Shown here piece by piece: positions 1 through 31,045 of a stretch of 64,000 bases of DNA. Source of the stretch: Chiloscyllium plagiosum (lineage: Eukaryota); the NCBI RefSeq assembly GCF_004010195.1, contig NC_057748.1, forward strand, positions 20,938,774 through 21,002,773, given 5' to 3'. How positions within the stretch are numbered: position 1 is the stretch's first letter; each line of letters opens with the position of its first letter. The translations under genes and the position numbers were made by a program. Below the pieces are notes generated by a model. It ran no database searches. It had not been told where the DNA came from and saw nothing but the letters and a program-made list of their open reading frames with translations.

Positions 1-289
1 GTGGGGGTATCCCGGGGTGGTGGGAAGGGGAGCGGGGGGGCAAGGACGAGGGAGGTCTGAAGGAGGTGGGGTAGTTGTTCAGGGAAATGGGCATTGGGGG
101 GAATTGAGGGAAAGGAGGAGTGAGAAGAGGGTGTTGGGGATCTGGGTGAATGTTGAATTGGAGGAGGGATGGGTAATGAGGCCAGTAGGGAGAGAATTGA
201 CAGGAATGGGGCAAGGGGAGGTGCAGGGAAGCTAACATGCTCTTTGCTGCTCTGGCATTTAATTCCTTTGGATTTTGACTGATGCACAG

Positions 290-19043
<18,754 letters not shown>

Positions 19044-19314
19044 TGATGACTGTGGTGAGGGGGTGAGGCTGGGGCCTCTGCAGCCACCTTGCACTGTGTG
19101 TGTGATCCACCCCTTTTCTGCCTGTGTGCCTGCTGTCCTTGCCCTGGGTCTAGAACCAGGTTACCAAGGTGACGTGGCAGTTATTGGTAACTGGGAGGCT
19201 GCAGGTGGAGACAGGCTGGACAAATGGCCTTTGGACAGCCATAGCTTTTGTCCTTTTATTAATCACTGGATAAGGAATTTGTGACACTCTATCTGACAAC
19301 TCTTTTAATTCTTC

Positions 19315-19320
19315 AATAAA
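19315..19320 (+). terminator. Probable MCM5 polyadenylation signal AATAAA
   Basis: First AATAAA after the stop codon, followed by GT/T-rich sequence. Confidence 0.7.
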
Positions 19321-19519
19321 GTTGCTTGCCAGAAAGGTTTCTGTTTCTAACTTGTGTGTATGTATTCATTGTGATTCTTATTCAGACAGTGCCTGCCTTC
19401 AGGAATATGTCCTTTGTTGGCCCTCCTTGAATATCCTGGTGGGGAGTTTTGCTACTGTTATTCGGGAGGCTTTGCACTGTTCTGATTGGTGGTTGGGATC
19501 CTAAGCAGTAGTGAGGAAA

Positions 19520-21115
19520 AAGAAGAAAGGTAAGCCTGACAGTGGTGGTGGATAAGTTGCTGGAAGGGATTCAGAGACAGGATTTACCTGCATTTGGAAA
19601 GGCATGATTAGGGATAGTCAACATGGTTTTGTGCGTGGGAAACTGTTCATAAACCTGATTGAGTTTTTTGAAGAACAGACCAAGAAGATAGATGATGGCA
19701 GAGCAGTATACATTCTCTACATAGCCTTTGACAAGGTTCCGCACAGCTGACTGGTTAATGAGATTAGATCACATGGGATCCAGGGAGAGGTAGAGATTAG
19801 ATTCCCTACAGTATGGAAACAGGCCCTTCGGCCCAACGAGTCCACACTGACCCTCCAAAGAGTAACCCACTCAGACCCATTGCCCTATCCTATATTTACC
19901 CCTGGCTAATGCACATAACACTACAGGAAATTTTAGCTTGACCAATTCACCTGACCTGTACATGGTTGGATTGTGGGAGGAAACCAGAGCACCCGGAGGA
20001 AACCCACGCAGACACGGGGAGAATGTGCAAACTCCACATACAATCGCCTGAAGTGGGAATCAAATCTGGGTCCCTGGTACTGTGAGGCAGCAGTGCTTAC
20101 CACTGAGCCACCATGCGGCCCATGAATTGGATAAAAAATCCGCTTGACAGTAGGAGACAGGGTGGTGGTCGATGGTTGTCTTTTGGACTGGAGGCATGTG
20201 ACCAGCAGTGTGCCACAAGGATTGGTGCTGATCTGCTACTTTTCATTTATATATAAACTATTTATATATGGAATATAGGAGGCATGACACCCAAACGGAT
20301 GGTATAGTGGACAGTGAAGATTATCTAAGTGTACAACGAGGTCTTGATCAAGTTGGCCAAGGAGTGGCAGATGGAGTTTATAAATGTAAGATATTGCATT
20401 TTGTTAGGAAACCAGGGCAGGATTTGTACAGATAATGGCAGGGCCCTGGGGAGTATTGTCAAACAGGCCTAGGGGTGCAAGTACATAGTTCCTTGAAAGT
20501 GGCATCACAGGTTGACAGGGTGGTGTTTGGCGCACTTGCCTTCATCGGTCACAGCACTGAGTACAGGAGTTGTGGCTGTACAAGATGTTGGTGTACTGTA
20601 TACAATTCTGGTCGCCCTGCTATAGGAAGGATGTTATTAAATTGGAACAGGTGCAGAAAAGATTTACAAGGCTGTTCTTGAGGCTGGAGGTTTTGAGTCA
20701 TAAGCAGTAGCTGCATAGGCTAGAGTCTAGGAAGCTGAGGGGTGACCTTATAGAGGTTTAAAAAATCATGAGGTGTAGATCAGGGGAATAGCCAAGATCT
20801 CTTCCCTAGAGATTTGGGAGTCTAAAACTAGAGGGCATAGGTTGAAGTTGAGAGAAGAAAGATTTCAAAGGAATCTGAGGGGCATGTTTTCCATATAGAG
20901 GGTGCTGCATTGATGGAACAAACTGCCAGAGGAAATGCTAGACCTGAGTACAATGACAAAATTTAAAAGACATTTGGACAGGTACATGGATAGGAAAGAT
21001 TTAGAGGGATATGGGCCAAACGCAGGCAAATGGGACTAATTCAGTTTTGGAAGCTTGGTTGGCATGGACGAGTTGAGCCAAAGGATATGTTTCTGTACTT
21101 GTTGATTCTATGACT
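19520..21115 (+). mobile_element. CR1-clade LINE fragment with nested SINE (19793-20120)
   Basis: Same RT-region and 3' end sequence as other CR1 copies in the window. Confidence 0.8.
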
Positions 21116-21509
21116 TAGACTGGACTGTTTGACACATGGGAAATTCAACTTTGAAATCGTTGCAGCTGGGCTTGCTTCTGTCTTCACCAGGAAAAGGTTA
21201 ATCCAACTGGAGTCCTCTGCCTGGTAGAGACCATCCTAACATGACCCATTGTTGACTCCTATTCCAGTTTTCTGTGAGTGGAGTGGTTTCCTGGGTCTTC
21301 CTTATTGTCCTCTGGAACCTGTGCCCCCTCACCACTGACTCTGTTTCCTCTGAAATTCATATCACTCCATTCTAGAATCTCCTCTTTTGGAAGTAAACAA
21401 CATGAGCCGACACCCCCTTCTGAGAAGCCCCCACCCCCAGCTCTGCCCCTTCAGCCTGGTGCTCTGCAGGCAGTAAGCGAGCGAGTTTCTCTCAAAGGGG
21501 CCAGGCACA

Positions 21510-24500
21510 ATGCTGGAACACTTCCAGAAGATTGACCGGCTGACAGTGGCAGTGGACGAAGTGTTTTACACATGGACTGTCCGTGGCTGTGAGAGGCTCA
21601 AAGCCATGCCCTCCATCAAGCTGCTGCTGAGGTGTTTCCAATGTTTGTTTGCCTTCTTGGGAAGGGGCCTGGGCTTCAAGCTGCTGGCAACTTACTGGGC
21701 CCGCCTGACTGACTGTGTCAATGAGCGGGTGGCAGAATTCGAGGCTGTAGCCCAGCTTGATCTGAAGATGCCACTCGGAGTCTGGGATGTGTGCAGGTAA
21801 TAAGGACTTTTAAGGGCAGCAGCAAGTTTGTAATGTCTGTTGTGATTTCATCCTCTTGTTTGAGTCCCATCTTAGACCAAAAACAAAAGACTTAGCTGTT
21901 AACTCTTCCCTGGTGCACCTTTTGTGGGAAAGGCTCTCCCCAGCTGCCAACCAATCAGCACTGGCTTTCCATGCAATATAAATTGTTGCTCCCTTTGAGA
22001 TTTGGGTATTCTTGCAATTTTATCCTGATCAGTGCAAAACTATAAACATCAAATGCTGTGGATGGTTCTGGATTCTACGTTCCAAAATGGATGCAGAATC
22101 AGTAAAGGCAACCTTCTCAGACCACGTAGTTGTATCTCTCAGGTATGCCCGACAGCGTGCAGTGCTTTCCTCAGAGTAAACCGCTGGGTTACCTGATTGA
22201 GGTTTTTAAAGTTATAGCAATATTTGATGGGATGGACATACAGGGTCTGTGAGTGAGTGGGTGTGTTTGACTAAATCACAAGTAAATCTACTCATTCGGA
22301 AGAAACTTGACTTAGCCAAACAGTGATTCCATTCGTGATAAACATGACAAAATGATATAGTTGCTGCGAATAGTAACAATTAGAAAAACTAGGTTTATAC
22401 ATGAGGGATGGGAGGATATTTTACTAGGGTGTGATGAGGGGAATTGTATGAGGTTTTAACACCAATATGAGTCACTTCAGTCAAAAGGCCTGTTTCTGTG
22501 CAGCCCTCAAATAGCTCGACAATATCTAGGAGAAAACTGACTGGCCATCCTCTCCATCACCTTAAATAAGAGACCCTTAGAAATAAGAGCATCTGGCCCC
22601 TCGAACCTGCTTTCCTGCTGGCCCCTATTGGGAGCACCACCATCACCCAAAACGATGTGACACCTTGACTTACCATTCCTTCATTGTTGCTGGTTGGCTA
22701 TTGTTGGGATGTTCCACTTGACAGCTCGATGGATACAGCTACATAGACTGGAGCAACTCACCACCATATTCTCAAGGGGACTCAGAGATAGGCAATTAAT
22801 GCTGGTCTTACGATTCTCATATTCTCAGAATGGGTTTATTCTGCGATGCCCGAGTATTGAGAAGGAGGAAAGATGAGTTCGCAATTTTCATGAAGGGCCA
22901 AATGATGACCTCCTGTCCCCAATGTTTAAGTTTCTGCCATTCCTGGACGTTTTCAGCTTTGGTTATGAAGTCAGGTCAGAGTCTACTGCATTCTCCTCAA
23001 AGTATTTTCTCATCTTGTTGAATTACGTGCCACCCCAGTGACTGAGCAGGTTTCTGGACAGGAGAATGGAGAGAGGTACTTAAAGCTGGGTTGGCCGTAG
23101 GGGTAAGAGCTGTGGATTATCACCTTGCCTCTCTCATCTCCCCGCCCCCCCCACCATCTTTTGGCATTCCCTTCGCTCAGTCTAATACCGTTGGTTGTTG
23201 CTGACAGGACTAACACTCAATGCCCATCCTGTAAATGGCCTCTAACAGAATGGGGCAGATGGTAGCATGACATTAATGTCCATGGGATAATAATCCAGAC
23301 CCCGAGCCTAATGTGGGGACATGGATTTGAATCCTATTACAGCAACTGGTGAAATTTAAATTAATATGAAAACCAATCTCCAAAATGGGAGCTGGAAAAT
23401 TGTAAAAACTAATTTTTCCCTAATGTTTGTTAGGGAAGGAAATCTGCCATCCTTACCTGATCTGGCCTACATGTGACTCCAGACCCACAGCAACATGGTT
23501 CGAAAAGCATAGAAAATAGGAATAGGTGTAGGCCATTTGCCTTGTTAAGCTTTCTTCACCATTCAATATGATCATGATTGTTCCTGCTTTTAGTCCATAC
23601 CCTTTGATCAGCTTAGCCCTAAAACCCTCCAGGGTACTGTGCACAGTTATGCTCGCCCTGCTATAGGAAGGAAATTATTTAATTGGAAAGAACTCAGAAA
23701 GGATTTGCAAGGATGCTACCGGGAATGGAGGGTTTGAGTTATAGGGAGAGGCTGAATAGGCTAGGTCTTTTTTCACTGGAGCGTAGAAGTTTGAGAGGTG
23801 ACCTTATAGGTTATAAAACCGTGAGGGACATCGATAAGGTAAATAGCAAGTGTCTTTTTCCTAAGATATGAGAGTTCAAAACTAGAAAGCATTGGTTTAA
23901 GGTGAGAGGATAAAGATTTAAAAGGGACCTGACGGGTAACCTTTTCACACAGAGGATGGTTTGTGTGTGGAATGAACTGCCAGAGGAAGTAGTAGATGCA
24001 GCTATAGTTACAATGATTAAAAGACATTTTGATATGGACCATGAATAGGAAAGGTTTGGAGGGTTATGAGCCAAGTGGGACCAGTTTAGATTCCCTACAG
24101 TACGGAAACAGGCCTTTCAGCCCAACCAGTCCACACTGACCCTCTGAAGAGTAACCCACTCTCCTCTGACTAATGCACCTAACACTATGGGCAATTTAGC
24201 ATGGCCAATTCACCTGGCTTGTACATCTTTGGATTGTGGGAGGAAACCAGAGCACCTAGAGGAAACCCACGCAGACACAGGGAGAATATGCAAACTCCAC
24301 ACAGTCACTCAGCCTCATAGCACCAGGGTCACCAAACCTGGGACCCTGGTGCTATAAGGCAGCAGTGCTAACCACTGAGCCACTGTACTGTCTGTAAGTT
24401 TGGGAAACTTGGTTGGCATGGACTTGTTGGACTGAAGAATCTGTTCCTGTGATGTATGACTATATCCAACTCCTTCCTGAAAATAATGTGTTGGTCTCAA

Positions 24501-25606
24501 CTGCTTTCTGTGGCAGGTACGTCCACAGGCTCCCCACCCTCTGGGTGAAGAAATACCTGTCTGGTTGACACATAACTACCCTCTGAAATGGCCGAGAGAA
24601 CTGCTCAGTTCAAGGGCACATGAGCAACAAATGCCAGAGGTGTCCACATCCCATGAAAGAATGGATTTTATAAGAGTGAACTGCATTTACTCTGGGTCTA
24701 GAGTCACACAGAGGCCAGACCAAATGGCAGACTTCCTTCACTAAAAGGGCATTGGTGAACCAGATAGGGGTTTTCTTAACAACAATCAATAATTGCTGTC
24801 ATGGTCACCATAACTGAGATTAACTTTCAATTCTGGATTTATCAATTGAGTTTAAATTCCACTCACTGCCATGGACTTTGAACCCATGTCTCCTTCTTGG
24901 GGATTTTGGGATACCAGTCCAGTGACTATCCTACCATCTTTCCTTAGCATTGTATTGCTAATGAAAACCTAGGAGTCTGCTGAGTATGATTAAAACATTA
25001 CCTTTTGTTATATATGTAAATAAGAGTTAACTGAGGCTTCACCTTGCCACCAGGCTGTGAGAGAGCAAGATTTCAGTCATGCTACATGGTGCAGCATCAC
25101 TTCCTGCAATGATGTTGCAGAGTACCCAATTTGCATGTTGCACAGTAACCTCTTGCACTACTCCCACATGTCCGTTCTTTGTTTTAGGACCAAGTACAGT
25201 TACCACCAGAACCTGCAGAATCAAACTCTGTCCCTCCGATGGCAACTAAGCAACCACCTGGAACAAGAGCTGGCCCAAGCCATGATCCTCAGAAAATATC
25301 GCAACCATCTACTGGATGTGCTGGAGTGGGCCAATCAGATTGCAGAGAAACAAAGGTGCGCTGCGATTGGCCGACACGTGAGACGGTTGTATGTTGTTGC
25401 TGCCAATTATGTTCTGTGTAATTCTTAACTGTGTAGCACATCGTCCCCTCCCTCATGTGCTACTGAATGTGTTTCTTTCCAGTCTGGCCTTTGTGGTAGT
25501 GAAGCTGAGCAAGGGTACTGTTCCCAACTCCAGAGGGAGCTGGAGCCCTGACTATTTTCGTCACCTCCCTCATTCAGCCCAACGGCCCAAACTGTCCTCT
25601 CCCTAA
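21510..25606 (+). CDS. Candidate uncharacterised multi-exon gene or pseudogene (about 192 aa): exons 21510-21796, 25188-25355, 25483-25606
   Basis: acaATG start; donors AG|gtaata and AG|gtgcgc; acceptors gttttag| and tttccag|; both junctions are phase 2 and keep one open frame; AATAAA cluster at 26109-26138. Family not recognised. Confidence 0.55.
23630..24470 (+). mobile_element. CR1-clade LINE 3' fragment with nested SINE (24086-24385)
   Basis: [24 protein letters not shown]. Confidence 0.8.
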
Positions 25607-25892
25607 CTGACTTATGGACACTGACAGGAGGGGAGGCATGTTTATGTAGTCCAGAGGACAGGGTAAGTGACATTGTTCCAGATGACCAAGGAATCCCATC
25701 AAATACTGATCTTGTCTGCTACAGAATAATCATTCAAGAGGGAGAGCTGTCCAAAAACCTCCGAGGGTTGGAAGATCTGAAGAAGATCTGGAGGCTACTC
25801 ATCGAAGAGGAGAAAAGGTTGAGTCGGGAATTGAAGAAATGTCCAGTGCAGAGTTAGAGTTTGAGAAAACCTGACTAATATCAACTCAATGC

Positions 25893-26002
25893 CCTCCCTC
25901 TCTCTTCTCTTCGCTTCCCCTTCCTGCCTCCTTCCCTCTTCCCTTCTCTTCTCCATCTCCCCTCTTCTCCTCCCTGCCTGTTCCCTCTCTTCCTCCCCTC
26001 TC
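25893..26002. repeat. Polypyrimidine/polypurine low-complexity tract
   Basis: Almost pure C/T on the plus strand. Confidence 0.8.
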
Positions 26003-26108
26003 AACTTTACCAACTTCGGTCGGATGTATTCCTGGAGGTTCTGTCCACTCTCCAGCTGCCCAAACTACTCCGACAGTTTTTAACTCCAGCTTCTATATTT
26101 ATATAACC

Positions 26109-26138
26109 AATAAAATAAAGTCTTTAAGGAAAAATAAA
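26109..26138 (+). terminator. Cluster of AATAAA polyadenylation signals downstream of the candidate gene
   Basis: AATAAA at 26109, 26114 and 26133. Confidence 0.4.
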
Positions 26139-26289
26139 GTTAATCATTTGCTTGAAATTCTCTTTGCCTCCAGCATAGTCCTGGAGGATTAGAAAACTCC
26201 TCCTGGCCCACGTGGAAAAAAACTCAAAACAGGTCAAAATTTCTTTTCAGACATGAAGATTTTGTCAAACTATCACATTTAGCAGCAGA

Positions 26290-27220
26290 TCAATGGTACT
26301 GTTTAGATGGGGTAAGATCCAGTCAAGCCTCCTGGGCCAATGGCTGAGGAGTGGCAGATGGATTTTAGTTTGGATGTGTGAGAGGTATTGCATTTTGGTA
26401 AAACAAAAAAGGGCAGGACTTACACAATTAATGGTAAGGTCCTTGGTAGTGCTGTAGAACAAAGACTCCTAGGGGTTCAGGTATATAATTCTTCAAAGTT
26501 TGTGTTTCCTGTAGACAGGGTGGTTAAGAAGGTATTTAATACAGTTGCCTTTATTATTCAGACTTTGTGGAGTATTGGGAGTTAGAACATCATGTTGAGG
26601 TTGTACAGGACATTGGTGAGGCCACTTTGAGAGTACTGTGTCCCGTTCTGGTGGCCGTGTTATGGAAGGATATTGTTAAGCTGGAGAGGGTTCAGAAAAG
26701 ATTTACCAGGACATTGCTGGGAATGGAGGGTTTCAGTTATAAATGAGGCTGCACACGCTGTGACTTTTCTCACTTCAGTGTACGTCATTGAGGGGTCATC
26801 GAGTCATAGAGACGTGCAGCACGGAAACAGATCCTTTGGTCCAACGTGTGCATGGCAACCAGATATCCTAACCTAGTCTCATCTGCCAGCACTTGGCCCA
26901 TATTTGTCTAAGCCCTTCCTATACATATACCCATCCGTAAGCCTCTTAAATGCTGTAGTTGTACAAGCCTCCACCGCTTCCTCTGGCAGCTCATTCCATA
27001 CATGCACCACTCTCTGTGTGAAAAAGTTGCCCCTCAGGTCACTTTTAAATATTTCTCCTCTCCCTTAAAAACATGCCCCCTCGTTTTGAACTCCCCCAAC
27101 CTAGTAAAAAGATCTTTGCTATTGACCTTATCCTTGCCCTTCATGATTTTATAAACCTTTAGAAGGTCACCCCTCAACCTTTTATGTTCTAGGGAAACAG
27201 TCCCAGTCTATCCAGCTTCT
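26290..27220. mobile_element. CR1 fragments in opposite orientations (+ 26290-26800; - 26805-27220)
   Basis: CR1 RT-region segment followed by a reverse-strand CR1 3' end. Confidence 0.7.
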
Positions 27221-27985
27221 CCTCCTTTATCCTTTATCTTTAAATGCCGAGTTCAAGATTTCCCAGGAGGAGAAACATCTTTTTGCTCACTGTCAAGCAT
27301 CCTCAGAAACTCACCCCTCTCTTGATGTGTTTCTTTATTAAAAAAAAGTCACTTCCCCCACCATTATATAAAAGAACAGCTCAATCAGTGATTTACCTAG
27401 TTCCACTTAATACACTTTCGTAAGAAAAACTTCAGGTATGACCACTTCAACTGACCCCTAGCGTCAACGGCTTAGAAGGGAAGAGAGTGTTAGAATTCTA
27501 GATTGCAACATGAAGAGGTGACACAGTGCTTCATGCACTAGGGAACTGGGTTTGATTCCAGCCTCAGGTGACTGTCTGTGCGGAATCTGCATGTTTCCCC
27601 CATGTCTGCATGGGTTTCCTTGGGGTGCTCTAGTTCCCTGCCAGAGTCCATGGAATACAGGGAGAACTAGCCATTTGGATACAGAACTGGCTCAAAGGTA
27701 GAGGACAGAGGGAGGTGGAGGGTTGTTTTTCAGACTGGAGGCCTGTGACCAGTGGAGTGCCACAAGGATCGGTGCTGGGCCCTCTACTTTTTGTCATTTA
27801 CATAAATGATTTGGATGCGAGGATAAGAGGTACAGTTAGTAAGTTTGCAGATGATACCAAAATGAGAGGTGTGTTGGACCGCGAAGAGGGCTGCCACCAA
27901 TTACAACAGGATCTAAGAAGACGTTTGGTATGCTTTCCTGTATTGGTCAGAGTATTGAGTACAGGAGTTGGGAGGTCATGTTGCG

Positions 27986-29905
27986 GCTCCAACCCTGGCA
28001 ACATCCTTGTAAATCTTTTCTGAACCTTTTCAAGTTTCACAACAAGTTTCCAATAGGGAGACCAGAATTGCACGCAATATTCCAACAGTGGCCTAACCAA
28101 TGTCCTGTACTGTACATTCCCCAGGATCTACTATGAAATGTATATGTCCTGCTAAGATTTGCTTTCCTAAAATACAGCACCTCGCATTTATCTAAATTAA
28201 ACTCCACCTGCCACTTCTCAGCCCATTGGCTCATCTGATCAAGATCCTGTTGTAATCTGAGGTAACCTGTCCACTACATCTCCAATTTTGGTGTCATCAA
28301 CAAACTTACTAACTATACCTCTTATGCTCACATTCAAATCATTGATACAGATGATGAAAGGTAGTGGATGCAGCACCGATCCTTGTGGTACTCCACTGGT
28401 CACAGGTCTCCAGTCTGAAAAATAACCCTCCACCATCACCCTCTGTATTCTATCTTTGAGCCAGTCCTGTATCCAAATGGCTAGTTCTCCTGTATTCCAT
28501 GAGATCTAATCTTGCTCACCAGTCTCCCATGGGGAAACCTTGTCAAATGCCTTACTGAAGTCCATATAGATCACATCTACTGCTCTGCCTTCATCAAACC
28601 TCTTTGTTTCTTTTTCAAAAAACTCAATTAAGTTTGTGAGACATGATTTCCCATGCATAAAGCTATGTTGACTATTCCTAATCAGTCCTGAAGAAGGGCA
28701 TGTGCCCGAAACGTCGAATCTCCTGTTCCCTGGATGCTGCCTGACCTGCTGTGCTGTTCCAGCAATAAAGTTTCAGCTAATCAGTCCTTGCCTTTCCAAA
28801 TACATGTACATCCTGTCCTTCAGGATTCCCTCCAGCAACTTGCCCACCACCGACATCAGGCTCACTGGTCTATAGTTCCCTGGCTTGTCCTTACCACCTT
28901 TCTTATACAGTGGCACCACGTTAGTCAACGTCCAGTCTTCTAGCACCTCACCTGTGACTATCGATGATACAAATATCTCAGTAAGAGGCTCCGCAATCAC
29001 TTCCCTAGCTTCCCACAGAGATCTAGGATACACCTGATCAGGTCCTGGGGATTTATCCTCTTTTATGCGTTTCAAGACATCCAGCACTTTCTCCTCTGTA
29101 ATATGGACATTTTTCAAGATGTCACCATCTATTTTCCTACATTCTATATCTTCTATGTCCGTTTTCACAGTAAATAATGATGCAAAATACTCATTTAGTA
29201 TCTGCCCCATCTCCTGCGGCTCCACACAAAGGCCACCTTGCTGATCTTTGAGGGGCCCTTTTGTCCTTAATGTATTTGTTAAAACCCTTTGGATTCTCCT
29301 TAGCTTTATTTACCAAAGCTATCTCATGTCCCCTTTTTGCCCTCCTGATTTCACTCTTAAGTATACTCCTACTGCCTTTATACTCTTCTTAAGATTCACT
29401 TCATCTATCCTGTCTATACCTGACATATGCTTCCTTCTTTTTCTTAACCAAACCCGCAATTTCTTCAGTTATCCAGCATTCCCTATACCTACCAGCATTT
29501 ACGTTCTCCCCAACAGGAATATACTTTCTCTGGACTCTCATTTTCTGATTTCTGAAGGTTTGCCATTTTCCAGCTGTCCCTTTACCTACGAACATCTGTG
29601 CCCAATCAGCTGTTGAAAGTTCTTGCCTAATACCATCAAAATTGGCCTTCCTCCAATTTAGAACTTCAACTCTTATATCTGGTTAATCCTTTTCCATCAC
29701 TATTTTAAAATTAATAGAATTATGGTTGTTGGCCCCAAAGTGCTCCCCCACTGACACCTCAGTCACCTGCCCTGCCTTATCTCCCAAGAGTAGGTCAGTT
29801 TTGCACCTTCTCTAGTAGGTACATCCACATACTGAATCAGAAAATTTTCTTGTACACACTCAACAAATTCCTCTCCATTCCTTAACACTATGGCAGTCCC
29901 AGTCT
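27986..29905 (-). mobile_element. CR1-clade LINE fragment (ORF2)
   Basis: ORFs with [29 protein letters not shown] and [13 protein letters not shown]. Confidence 0.88.
28688..28715 (+). ncRNA. Minimal hammerhead ribozyme motif (family A)
   Basis: CTGAAGAAGGGCATGTGCCCGAAACGTC. Confidence 0.55.
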
Positions 29906-30689
29906 ATGTGGAGTCACACACAGGCCAAACCAGGTAAAGATGTGGAATTCCTTCCCTAAGGGACATCGGCGAATCAGATGAAATTTTATGACAATTGACT
30001 GTGGTTAGATGGTCACCTTTAGAGTAGCTTTTCTAATTAAAGATTTAATAAAAATGTTTCCATCTGTGATAATGGGATTCAAAACCATATCCCCACACAT
30101 GGGTTCTGAATGATTAATCTAGTGGCTGATGTTCCTGGTTGGAACACGATAGTATTCCATGATGTTAGTTTGATGTTCACAAAACTCAAAAATAAGGGAA
30201 TGTGACATTGAGGAGTAGTGGTAGCCATTCAGATCCTCAATCCTGTTCTACCATCATTGTTTGATGGGATTGTGGCCTCAACTCCATTTTCCTGTTCCTT
30301 TGTGACCCCTTGACAATCAGGAATTTTGGTTTGCGTTTTCCATTCCCTTAATTGGACAAGCATATGGACGTACATGGAATAGTGTAGGTTAGATGGGCTT
30401 CAGATTGGTATGACAGGTCGGCGCAACATCGAGGGCCGTAGGGCCTGAACTGCGCTGTAATGTTCTATGTTCTAATTACCAGCAACAACTCAATTTTGAT
30501 CATCTCACTTTCAATCTCTCCATTTAGTCCCTATCTCTGTACATACTCCAAGACTTTTGCCCTCCTGCAATCCCAGCCTCCATTGCACATTTTAATTGCA
30601 CCATCTTCAACAACACTCAGCCCAGATTCTGCACTTGTCTCCTGTGGCCTTTATCCCCGCCCTTTCACTCAAGGTGATTGACATTCGCT

Positions 30690-30915
30690 TTTACCAATCG
30701 GTGTGAAGTGGAAGGCGGGACCTTCGTCGGAATGTGGTACTTGACGTTAATATCAGCCTATCATTGCAAAGGATATGCAGGACCATTGTGATGGATATGC
30801 TCGTTCACCAATCATCATCAAGGACGGTTGGAGATTCCGCCTTCCGCCCCCGGTTGTGGACCAATCCGCAGACAGGGAGCCCCAGGCGGGTTTGGAAGGG
30901 GTGAAGATGGCGGCG
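30690..30915 (+). promoter_or_regulatory. CpG-rich NDUFA6 promoter
   Basis: CCAAT boxes (30694, about 30808, 30861), GC-box-like GGCGGG/CCGCCC, CRE-like TGACGTTA, and YY1-type AAGATGGCGGC overlapping the ATG. Confidence 0.7.
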
Positions 30916-31045
30916 GCGGCGGCGGGCGGCCGTGCGATGGGTACCGTCAAGGTGGTGAAGCCCTTTCTGTCCCGGAACCAGAGCGAAGCCAAGCGCCGGG
31001 TGCGAGAGCTTTACCGGGCCTGGTACCGGGAGGTGCCCAACACCA
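30907..31045 (+). CDS. NDUFA6: NDUFA6 exon 1 ([46 protein letters not shown])
   Basis: Strong Kozak aagATGG; A|gtaagg donor. Confidence 0.94.

Noticed and set aside
22874-22876. In-frame TGA as a selenocysteine codon
   Set aside because: No redox motif context and no SECIS element recognised; CpG decay or non-coding status is simpler.
21510-25606. Unknown gene as a CYP2D or other known human chromosome 22 neighbour
   Set aside because: No P450 motifs (ExxR/PERF/FxxGxxxC arrangement) or other recognisable signature in the spliced peptide.
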